Assembly (NCBI GenBank): GCA_964532455.1
Contig: CAZHHT010000011.1
Location: 1-24,000, forward strand
Origin: an uncultured Anaerolineales bacterium
GTDB taxonomy: Bacteria; Chloroflexota; Anaerolineae; Anaerolineales; UBA11858
Reading direction: 5' to 3'
Length of the DNA stretch: 24,000 nt
The translations under genes were made by a program, and so were the position numbers. The notes beneath the pieces are model-generated. The model searched no databases and was not told the origin of the DNA. It saw nothing but the letters and a program-made list of their open reading frames with translations. The first letter of the stretch is position 1. Every line of letters starts with the position of its first letter. Shown here in pieces: positions 1-7,355 of the stretch.

Positions 1-74
1 AACGGAGCCATCCGCAGAAAATCATTTTAGCGCCCAGTTGGAGATGAGTCAAGGGATGCGAAGCCTGAAGGACA

Positions 75-103
75 TTGCCTCCATTTCTCAGCTATGGTAA
101 AAT
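75..103 (+). promoter_or_regulatory. Putative sigma-70-type promoter of the tRNA cluster
   Basis: TTGCCT (75-80), 17-nt spacer, TAAAAT (98-103) preceded by TGg (extended -10). Lies about 27 nt upstream of the first tRNA. Confidence 0.4.
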
Positions 104-129
104 CTCCCCGCTCGGAGAGCCTTTTATCG

Positions 130-219
<90 letters not shown>

Positions 220-235
220 TTTTCAAGACTCTCCC

Positions 236-328
236 GGGGAGGTGCCAGAGTGGCTGATTGGGGCCGCCTGCTAAGCGGTTGTCGGGAATAAAGCTCGACC
301 GTGGGTTCGAATCCCACCCTCCCCGCCA
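236..328 (+). tRNA. tRNA-Ser (anticodon GCU), class II, CCA encoded
   Basis: Acceptor GGGGAGG/CCTCCCC. Anticodon stem GCCGC/GCGGT with loop CT-GCT-AA. Long variable arm. T-loop GGTTCGAATCC. Ends GCCA. Confidence 0.9.
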
Positions 329-337
329 TGTACATAT

Positions 338-410
338 GCCCTCGTAGCTCAGTGGATAGAGCACTTGCTTGCGGAGTAAGGGGTCGCGTGTTCGAATCAC
401 GCCGAGGGTG
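338..410 (+). tRNA. tRNA-Arg (anticodon GCG)
   Basis: Acceptor GCCCTCG/CGAGGGT. D-arm GCTCAGTGGATAGAGC. Anticodon stem CTTGC/GTAAG with loop TT-GCG-GA. T-arm GCGTGTTCGAATCACGC. Confidence 0.85.
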
Positions 411-422
411 CTTTGAAATACG

Positions 423-445
423 AGCGGATTTATCCGCTTTTTTTG
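423..445 (+). terminator. Rho-independent terminator after the tRNA cluster
   Basis: Stem AGCGGA/TCCGCT, loop TTTA, followed by an eight-T run. Confidence 0.7.
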
Positions 446-464
446 TTAAGGATACTAAATTGTT

Positions 465-1274
465 ATGACAGAACCGCAAATCTTATTAACCAATGACGAT
501 GGAATTCAATCCCCGGGTCTATGGGCTGCTGCAGAAGCGCTGGATGAGCTTGGTTTTGTCACCGTAGTTGCTCCCAGAGATCAGGCTTCCGGAACCAGCC
601 GCAGTATGCCGAATATTTATGACAATCAAGTCCACCAGAAAAAACTTGAGGTTAACGGCAAGGAGTGGACTGTTCATGCAGTTGGAGGAACCCCTGCAAT
701 GGCAGTTCTCTACGGGATTCATGTACTTATCCCCCAAAAACCGGATTTGATCGTTTCAGGAATCAACTATGGACTCAATGTTGGCAGTGGTGTAACTATC
801 TCTGGAACCGTTGGCGCTGCATTGGAAGGCGCCTCCGCCGGCATTCCCTCCCTGGCTATATCTCTGGAAACAGATACAAAATATCACTCTTCCTATTCAA
901 GGGAAGTGGATTTCAGGACAGCAGGTCATTTTACAACCTTCTTCTCACAGCAGCTGCTGTCAAAGAAAATGCCCCCGGATGTGCATCTGCTTAAGGTAGA
1001 AATCCCGGTAGGGGCAACACAAGATACACCCTGGCACACTACCAGTCTTTCTATGCTGCGCTTTTATGAACCTGTTCCACCAGATAAAAACCCGGATGCG
1101 AGTGATAAGGGAATCGGATACGATATCGCCCCGGATTGGGACCAGTCTCCGCCCGGAACAGATTCTCATTCTGTGATAAATAAAAAAGAAATCTCTGTAA
1201 CTCCGCTTAGCCTGGACCTCACGTCCCGGATTGATCTGTCTGAGTTGGAGAAATTTCTCCGGCAGGACAAATAA
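465..1274 (+). CDS. surE: 5'/3'-nucleotidase SurE
   Basis: N-terminal ILLTNDDGIQSPGL signature and the GINYGLN and SGTVGAA motifs typical of SurE. 269 aa. Confidence 0.9.
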   Translation: MTEPQILLTNDDGIQSPGLWAAAEALDELGFVTVVAPRDQASGTSRSMPNIYDNQVHQKKLEVNGKEWTVHAVGGTPAMAVLYGIHVLIPQKPDLIVSGINYGLNVGSGVTISGTVGAALEGASAGIPSLAISLETDTKYHSSYSREVDFRTAGHFTTFFSQQLLSKKMPPDVHLLKVEIPVGATQDTPWHTTSLSMLRFYEPVPPDKNPDASDKGIGYDIAPDWDQSPPGTDSHSVINKKEISVTPLSLDLTSRIDLSELEKFLRQDK

Positions 1275-1321
1275 TAAGCTTTCCGTTTCCCCCCAGCCTT
1301 ATCTCCAGCAAAAAAGGCAAA

Positions 1322-1948
1322 TCAAGAATATTGGCCAATCTCTTTCATCCATCCCTCAAAAAACCTGACCATTAATTCATGCCTCTCTGCAGCCAGGGAA
1401 CGGCCTGAGGGGGTAAAAAGCCTGTCTTTTATGTGGCGGAGTTTAAAGAGGTACTCGTGGGCTACCGTTTGAGATTCTCCTAATTCCAGTTCACCTGTTG
1501 ATAGATATAACTCTGAAGGGGGGGCATACACATCCATTCCTGCCCGAACGGCATAGGCTACCGCCCTGGCAACTCCTACAGCGCCAATGGCATCGATTTT
1601 ATCGGCATCAAAGAGGACTTGAGCTTCCAGCGTCTGGGGTTTCTCTGAGTCGTCTCGAAATCGATGCGCCCTGATGCAGTGAACTACTGCCTTAATTGCC
1701 TCTTCTGACCACCCTTCCTTTATCAGGGTTTTTTCAGCAAACCTTGCCGCCGCTAAATGGTGCTCCTCCCTGACATCCACATCTCCTTCAACGTCATGGA
1801 GAAGCGCAGCTGCTCTGACAATGGTCAAGTCGGCATTCTCTTGCCTGCCGATTCGTTCACACAAACGGTATACACGGAGAATGTGGGAAAACCCATGAAC
1901 GGGATCATCATCCGGATAAAATCTCCGGGCTTCTTCAATTGTCGGCAT
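1322..1948 (-). CDS. HD-domain metal-dependent phosphohydrolase
   Basis: H...HD motif (GFSHILRV...AALLHDV). Start moved to the internal ATG at 1948, which is preceded by AGGAG. The longer ORF-track start (2068) overlaps the upstream small gene and has no RBS. Confidence 0.8.
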   Translation of the reverse strand: MPTIEEARRFYPDDDPVHGFSHILRVYRLCERIGRQENADLTIVRAAALLHDVEGDVDVREEHHLAAARFAEKTLIKEGWSEEAIKAVVHCIRAHRFRDDSEKPQTLEAQVLFDADKIDAIGAVGVARAVAYAVRAGMDVYAPPSELYLSTGELELGESQTVAHEYLFKLRHIKDRLFTPSGRSLAAERHELMVRFFEGWMKEIGQYS

Positions 1949-1998
1949 ATTTCGAGCTCCTGGTATTAATGCCGTAAGGTCTGTCTGGATGATTTTGA

Positions 1999-2184
1999 TC
2001 AGGGGATATTTATCCCTGCCGGGAATAAATATTGGCTGATGAACAGGTATACGGCAACAGCCAGGCAAATCATAATGCCAAGCTTGAGAATGTTTTTAGT
2101 AACTTTCAGAATAACCCGCAATACAAATAAACCAACCACCGCAATGACAATCCAGACCATGAGTGAATTATCTAAAAAACCCAC
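1999..2184 (-). CDS. Small hypothetical membrane protein (61 aa, two predicted TM helices)
   Basis: GTG start preceded by TTAGGAGGAG, a strong SD that overlaps the hutI stop codon. Two hydrophobic segments (MVWIVIAVVGLFVL and LGIMICLAVAVYLFI). Fills the gap between hutI and the HD gene. Confidence 0.45.
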   Translation of the reverse strand: MGFLDNSLMVWIVIAVVGLFVLRVILKVTKNILKLGIMICLAVAVYLFISQYLFPAGINIP

Positions 2185-2192
2185 ATCTCCTC

Positions 2193-3440
2193 CTAACCCT
2201 GACAGACCTGTCCCTGTTTGATCACCGTTTCAACCAGATTGGTGCCAAACCGGTATCCGATGTGCCTGTAATCGGGAATATCCAATACGATCAAATCTGC
2301 CTGCTTCCCGGACTCTAACGATCCGACTTTTTCATCCATACCAATCGCTGCCGCGGCATTAATAGTCGCCGCTGCAATTGCCTGGTTCGGGGTAAGTTTC
2401 ATATACCGGCAAGCCAATGCTGCTGCAAACTGCATGCTCTCACACCAGGCGGTTCCCGGATTAATATCTGTGGCAATTGCCAGAATTCCCCCGGCTTCCA
2501 TTATGTCTTTTGCCGGAGTGTACTCCGATTCTGCCAGCCCAAAAGGAGTACAAGGTAAAGCGACAGCGACTGTGTCTGATTCGCCGAGGGCTTTAATGTC
2601 TTCCGCTGAGGTCACCACCAGGTGATCCGCAGACGCTGCTCCCAATTCTACTGCTAAACTCACGCCGCCCAGATTATCAAATTCATCCGCGTGGATCTTT
2701 AATGGAAATCCATACCCTTTTGCTGTTTCCAGTATTTGACGACTCTGGGCCAGATCAAATGCGCCTGTTTCACAAAAAACATCTATATAGGGAAAGGATC
2801 TTTTGGTGTGTGCTGGCCACCAATCTGCAAGTGCAGGAATCATTTCCACACACACCAGATCAGTATATCCGGCGGTATCCCCTTCATATTCAGGAGGGAC
2901 GGCATGGGCACCCAGATAGGTAAAGGCGATATCCAGGGGTTCTTCGCCATCGAGTTCCAGTAAAGCCTGCATCATTAACAATTCCGTTTCTGAATTCAGT
3001 CCATATCCGGTTTTCGCTTCCAGGGTTGTTGTACCATGAGCAAGCATCCGCTTTAATCTGGGGCGGGTCTGATCCTTAAGTTGCTTTAATGATGCATTCC
3101 GGGTCGCCCGGACAGTGGATACAATGCCTCCACCGGCTTCCATGATCTCCAGATAAGTCTTTCCCTGTAAACGCAGTTCAAACTCTGCTGACCGGTCTCC
3201 AGCCCAGACGACATGCGTATGTGGGTCTACAAAACCCGGCATTACTACCTTTCCCTGCGCATCCATTCTTTTCTCATCCGGATATTTAATGATCAAGTCC
3301 GGGGATGGACCTGTTTCCACGATTCTGCCAGTTCTGAACAAGACCGCGCCATCCTCGATCAGCCCCAAATCTCCCAGGCGAGTCCCCCGCTGAAGTCCCC
3401 CTGCTAAAGTTAATAGTTGTGCGGCTGAATGAATTAACAT
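2193..3440 (-). CDS. hutI: Imidazolonepropionase (histidine degradation)
   Basis: Amidohydrolase motifs DPHTHVVWAGDR, LGAHAVPPE, DVFCE, KIHADE, SADHL and ATDINPG match the HutI family pattern. 415 aa. Confidence 0.9.
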   Translation of the reverse strand: MLIHSAAQLLTLAGGLQRGTRLGDLGLIEDGAVLFRTGRIVETGPSPDLIIKYPDEKRMDAQGKVVMPGFVDPHTHVVWAGDRSAEFELRLQGKTYLEIMEAGGGIVSTVRATRNASLKQLKDQTRPRLKRMLAHGTTTLEAKTGYGLNSETELLMMQALLELDGEEPLDIAFTYLGAHAVPPEYEGDTAGYTDLVCVEMIPALADWWPAHTKRSFPYIDVFCETGAFDLAQSRQILETAKGYGFPLKIHADEFDNLGGVSLAVELGAASADHLVVTSAEDIKALGESDTVAVALPCTPFGLAESEYTPAKDIMEAGGILAIATDINPGTAWCESMQFAAALACRYMKLTPNQAIAAATINAAAAIGMDEKVGSLESGKQADLIVLDIPDYRHIGYRFGTNLVETVIKQGQVCQG

Positions 3441-3667
3441 CTGTTTTCCCTGCTGCTAAAAAATTTATATCTAAAATTGTATCATCACCCACCGAAATCC
3501 CTATCAGTTGATTTACAAATACCTGGGCCTGGATAACCTTTGCTACTCTCTCCAGGTAAAATGGGTTCAAGGTAATTATCATAAATCCCAGCCTAACAAC
3601 CAGGTGATTTTGATATTATTCCCCTTTACCAAACTCATCAAGCGGAGTGAATCTTAAAAAATTGTGT

Positions 3668-3696
3668 TTGCTAATAAAGACCTTTCACGATATAAT
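3668..3696 (+). promoter_or_regulatory. Putative promoter of the response-regulator gene
   Basis: TTGCTA (3668-3673), 17-nt spacer, consensus TATAAT (3691-3696). About 50 nt upstream of the ATG at 3748. Confidence 0.45.
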
Positions 3697-3747
3697 TGCT
3701 CAACTATCTGGTAGTTATTCTGATAATTTTCCCGCAGGCGGCTTTTA

Positions 3748-4422
3748 ATGACCGAAAATTCTTCCCGAAAGACAAGAATACTCTGGGCTGGTAAGAGAAG
3801 AGCAGATATTCCGTCATTCGTTCCGAATTTGAAAGCCAGAGGCTATAAAGTCACCTTCGTTACAACTGGAAAAGAAGCCGTTCTGAAACTCAATCGAATA
3901 AAACCCGATGTTATGGTCATTGACGCCGCCTCCATGAGGACAACCGGGTCACGCATCTGTAAGTCCGTCCAGGCAAAAGGTTCTTCCGTTCCCATCATCC
4001 TGATAAATTCCCCCGACAATCTCCCCACAAATCAAATAGTGGCCGATGTTCAGCTTGTTCTACCATTTACCATCCGCAAACTTGAAAACCGGATCATCCC
4101 TTTTTCACCGGGTGATGGCGATGAAATACTCATAGCCGGACCAATACATCTGGATATGGATCGCCAGGTCATTCGATGTAATTGCAAAGAGGAACATGTA
4201 ACACCCAGGATGGCAGAGCTATTAAAGATGATGATCAAACAAAAGGGGGTGGTTCTGGATAGAAGAAAGATGTTCAGCCGGATTTGGAAAACCGATTACA
4301 CTGAGGACACACGTTCTCTGGATGTGCATATCAATTGGCTGAGAAAAATCATAGAAGAGGATCCTGATAACCCAAAACTGATCCATACTATTCGGGGTAA
4401 AGGTTATAGACTCGACTTATAA
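3748..4422 (+). CDS. OmpR/PhoB-family response regulator with atypical (degenerate) receiver domain
   Basis: C-terminal winged-helix (LDVHINWLRKII...IHTIRGKGYRL). The N-terminal receiver fold keeps the phospho-acceptor-like Asp (VMVIDAAS). The DD acidic pocket reads WAGKRR and the conserved KPF Lys reads LPF. Confidence 0.85.
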   Translation: MTENSSRKTRILWAGKRRADIPSFVPNLKARGYKVTFVTTGKEAVLKLNRIKPDVMVIDAASMRTTGSRICKSVQAKGSSVPIILINSPDNLPTNQIVADVQLVLPFTIRKLENRIIPFSPGDGDEILIAGPIHLDMDRQVIRCNCKEEHVTPRMAELLKMMIKQKGVVLDRRKMFSRIWKTDYTEDTRSLDVHINWLRKIIEEDPDNPKLIHTIRGKGYRLDL

Positions 4423-4445
4423 GTCGCTTGAGAATGAATTTTTTT

Positions 4446-4485
4446 CAACCGGTCACCCCGTAGAATTGGGGGGGTTGTTTTTTTA
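4446..4485 (+). terminator. Rho-independent terminator between convergent genes
   Basis: Imperfect hairpin CAACC-ggt-CACCCC / GGGGGGGTTG followed by seven T (4478-4484). Overlaps the stop of the minus-strand methyltransferase. Confidence 0.55.
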
Positions 4486-5766
4486 AATCACATACTGGAT
4501 TTGGTCCCCATTAATTAAAACAAATCTTAGACAGATTTCCCCGCTTTTCTCCGGGATAACGGTTGATGCTGGAATATCCCCCTTCCTCCAGGGTCTTGCG
4601 GCCTGGAAACTGCTGTGAAAGATCTCGCCATCCCAATCAGAGTCCATCTCCCAATAATCCACCTGGGAGATTAAATCTGGGGACAGGGTGACGACCCCGT
4701 CGTTAACCTCTGGAGGTTTAATTCCTAATTCCTCCAAACTTGAGAATGGGGGTAGTTCTACAGACTCTTCTCGCTGGATCTTTACCGAGAAACTGTGTTC
4801 GAAGTCAGCGGATTTCCCTTTCTGTTTTTCCTGGATATCCAGGACCAATCGGGAGCGGGCAGTATGGAGAGCCCTGGGTTGGGTGTCTGAACTGATAAAC
4901 TGACGGTTCAGCCGGGATGCAACAGCTGCAGTTGTTCCTGCCCCGCTAAAGAAGTCCGCTACTAAATCTCCCGGATTGGATGAAGCCACAATAATCCGTT
5001 CCATTAAACTTTCAGGTTTTTGGGTTGGATACCCGGTCCGTTCATTATGCAGCCTGGCGACTACTGGAAAATACCACCAGTCTTCAGGGACTTTTCCCCT
5101 TTCCAGATCGGGAGTTTTTCCAAATCCTGCCTTTTTTGAAGATTTAAAGGTTACTACGGTTTTTTCGTTGTAAGGGACCCGGACCTGATCTACATTAAAT
5201 GTGTATTGGTTCGATTTGGAATAAAACAGGATCATGTCGTGTTTCCGGTTAAACGCACTCCGGATTGGTGATGGTCCATGGTAAGTCCAAATAATCTCAT
5301 TTCTGAGATTTTCGTATCCGAATATTTCATCCAGCAGAAGTCGGGCATAGGAATTTGCGTGCCAATCCAGGTGAAGATAAAGAGAGCCAGAGGGTGATAA
5401 AAGTTTATACATCAGCATCAGGCGGGGGTACAGCATATCAAGATATGATCCCATATCCGACCATTCATCATAATATCCTTCCGCCAGCTGCCAATACTCC
5501 GGTCTCCGCGAGTCTTCTCCCCTGCCAATCCGGGTAGCGTACCCTTTATTGGTAAAAAAAGGCGGGTCTGCATAAATGAGGTTTATCTTTCCCTCATACT
5601 CTGGTATTAAAGCATTCATCACTCGCAGGTTATCTCCCAGAATCAGTCTATTCTCCAGGTGCTGAGATGAATCCTCTCCTCCAAAAGGATAAAGGATTGC
5701 ATCGGTCTTTAATTTTCCGCCCTGCGGGATGAATTCGGATTTTGAGGGCCAGTTTAGGGAAGGCAT
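4483..5766 (-). CDS. Beta-class (Mod-like) DNA methyltransferase, probably N6-adenine, with C-terminal extension
   Basis: Motif IV LIYADPPFFTNK precedes motif I DFFSGAGTT (beta-class order). N-terminus LNWPSK...NRLILGDNLRVM is typical of Mod/N6_N4 methylases. About 125 aa of unassigned sequence follow motifs I-III. Confidence 0.8.
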   Translation of the reverse strand: MPSLNWPSKSEFIPQGGKLKTDAILYPFGGEDSSQHLENRLILGDNLRVMNALIPEYEGKINLIYADPPFFTNKGYATRIGRGEDSRRPEYWQLAEGYYDEWSDMGSYLDMLYPRLMLMYKLLSPSGSLYLHLDWHANSYARLLLDEIFGYENLRNEIIWTYHGPSPIRSAFNRKHDMILFYSKSNQYTFNVDQVRVPYNEKTVVTFKSSKKAGFGKTPDLERGKVPEDWWYFPVVARLHNERTGYPTQKPESLMERIIVASSNPGDLVADFFSGAGTTAAVASRLNRQFISSDTQPRALHTARSRLVLDIQEKQKGKSADFEHSFSVKIQREESVELPPFSSLEELGIKPPEVNDGVVTLSPDLISQVDYWEMDSDWDGEIFHSSFQAARPWRKGDIPASTVIPEKSGEICLRFVLINGDQIQYVI

Positions 5767-5914
5767 ATTGTTTTCCGGGATAAATTAAATTCTGGGAATT
5801 GTATTCCCCGGATGAATTACTGAAGTTTTAAGGAGTACCCTGCGGGAAATTTATTAGAAATTATCTTCAGCGCAGGGCACTTATCAATACTTTTTTCCGT
5901 CGAGGACTGGAATA

Positions 5915-7228
5915 CTAGAAAAACTTTTCCTTCAGCAAATCCTCCAACGTGGGCTGCCCAATCACTTGCAGCTCGTAGCGCACCCGCTGGGTGGGTTTAT
6001 TTATTTTCATCAACCCGGCCAGATCAATCGGTGTGCCAATGATCACTAAATCAACCTCGGCATTGTTGATGGTTTTCTCCAGTTCGAGAATCTGGGCATC
6101 TCCATATCCCATAGCTGGCAGCACATCTCCAGTGGTGGGATATTTTTGGTAAGTTTCCAAGATAGTGCCTACCGCGAAAGGACGTGGATCAACAATTTCA
6201 GCGGCGCCAAAACGTCTGGCAGCCACCCATCCAGCTCCATATGCCATCCCCCCGTGAGTGAGGGTTGGCCCATCTTCTACAACCAGCACCTTCTTTCCCT
6301 TGATCTGGGCAGGGTCATCCACAAACAACGGCGAAGCTCCTTCCAGAATTATCGCTTCGGGAGCCAATTTCCGGAGAGAATCATGCAGATAAATCACATC
6401 CTCCGCATTAGCGGTATCCACTTTATTGATCACAAAAATATCCGCTGTCCGGGCATTGGCCTCTCCCGGATGATACATAGTTTCATGCCCGGGACGAAGG
6501 GGGTCAGCTACGACAATATGTAAGTCAGACTTATAGAAGGAAAGATCGTTATTTCCTCCATCCCAAAGAATGATGTCTGCTTCTTTTTCCGCTTCCCGCA
6601 GGATCGCTTCATAATCCACCCCTGCAAAAACCAGGATATCATTCACAATATGAGGTTCGTACTCCTCACGTTCTTCGATTGTACATTCGTGTTTATCCAG
6701 ATCAGCCAGCTCACCAAAACGCTGAACAGCCTGTTTCGCCAGATCTCCATAAGGCATAGGATGGCGAACGACTGCTACTTTCTTCCCCATATCGGTAAGA
6801 ATTTGGGCAACCCGACGTGTGGTTTGACTCTTGCCGCTCCCAGTCCGGACCGCGCAAACCGATACTACCGGTTTATTGGATTTGATCTGAGTTGTGTTCA
6901 AACCCATCAACCGAAAATCCGCTCCTGCTGCCAGGACTTCTGATGCTTTGTGCATAACATACTCATGGGTAACATCACTGTAGGCAAAAATGACCTGTTC
7001 AATTCCATGTTCTTTGATCAGAGGGATTAATTCCGATTCGGAGTAGATAGGTATTCCTTCAGGGTAGTTTTCTCCCGACAAAGCAGCAGGGTATTTACGG
7101 TCATCAATATTGGGAATCTGAGTGGCTGTAAAAGCAATAATCTCATAGTCCGGATTCTCCCGGAAGAAAACATTAAAATTATGAAAATCGCGCCCTGCGG
7201 CGCCCATGATTAACGTACGGACTGACAT
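5915..7228 (-). CDS. COG2403-type P-loop protein (cyclic 2,3-diphosphoglycerate synthetase-like / predicted GTPase)
   Basis: N-terminal IMGAAGRDFHNFN and Walker A-like VRTGSGKSQTT, as I recall for this family. Start set at ATG 7228, preceded by AAGGAG at 7-nt spacing, rather than the ORF-track TTG at 7243. Confidence 0.7.
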   Translation of the reverse strand: MSVRTLIMGAAGRDFHNFNVFFRENPDYEIIAFTATQIPNIDDRKYPAALSGENYPEGIPIYSESELIPLIKEHGIEQVIFAYSDVTHEYVMHKASEVLAAGADFRLMGLNTTQIKSNKPVVSVCAVRTGSGKSQTTRRVAQILTDMGKKVAVVRHPMPYGDLAKQAVQRFGELADLDKHECTIEEREEYEPHIVNDILVFAGVDYEAILREAEKEADIILWDGGNNDLSFYKSDLHIVVADPLRPGHETMYHPGEANARTADIFVINKVDTANAEDVIYLHDSLRKLAPEAIILEGASPLFVDDPAQIKGKKVLVVEDGPTLTHGGMAYGAGWVAARRFGAAEIVDPRPFAVGTILETYQKYPTTGDVLPAMGYGDAQILELEKTINNAEVDLVIIGTPIDLAGLMKINKPTQRVRYELQVIGQPTLEDLLKEKFF

Positions 7229-7290
7229 TAATTTCTCCTTCAAAGGTTAATTATTATTTGCGGAACATCTAATCTCAGGTAGATAATTGT

Positions 7291-7315
7291 ACAAAATACT
7301 GGAAAGACTTCCAGT
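7291..7315 (-). terminator. Weak candidate terminator downstream of argS
   Basis: On the minus strand, ACTGGAA-gtct-TTCCAGT followed by ATTTTGT. The stem is AT-rich and short. Confidence 0.3.
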
Positions 7316-7355
7316 GACAAATTTCGTATTGTAGTAATAAGTTTTTTGAAGGACC

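Noticed and set aside
1949-2068. Upstream extension of the HD-domain ORF
   Set aside because: It has no RBS and overlaps the small membrane ORF. The internal ATG at 1948 has an AGGAG SD, and the HD-domain sequence begins right after it.
3286-3582. 98-aa minus-strand ORF upstream of and overlapping hutI
   Set aside because: It overlaps the hutI 5' end by about 155 nt in another frame and has no RBS or recognisable motifs. It is most likely a chance ORF in the promoter region.
4423-5914. Restriction endonuclease or Res partner for the methyltransferase
   Set aside because: The flanks are 60 nt and 148 nt of non-coding DNA bounded by unrelated genes, with no room for a partner ORF on either strand.
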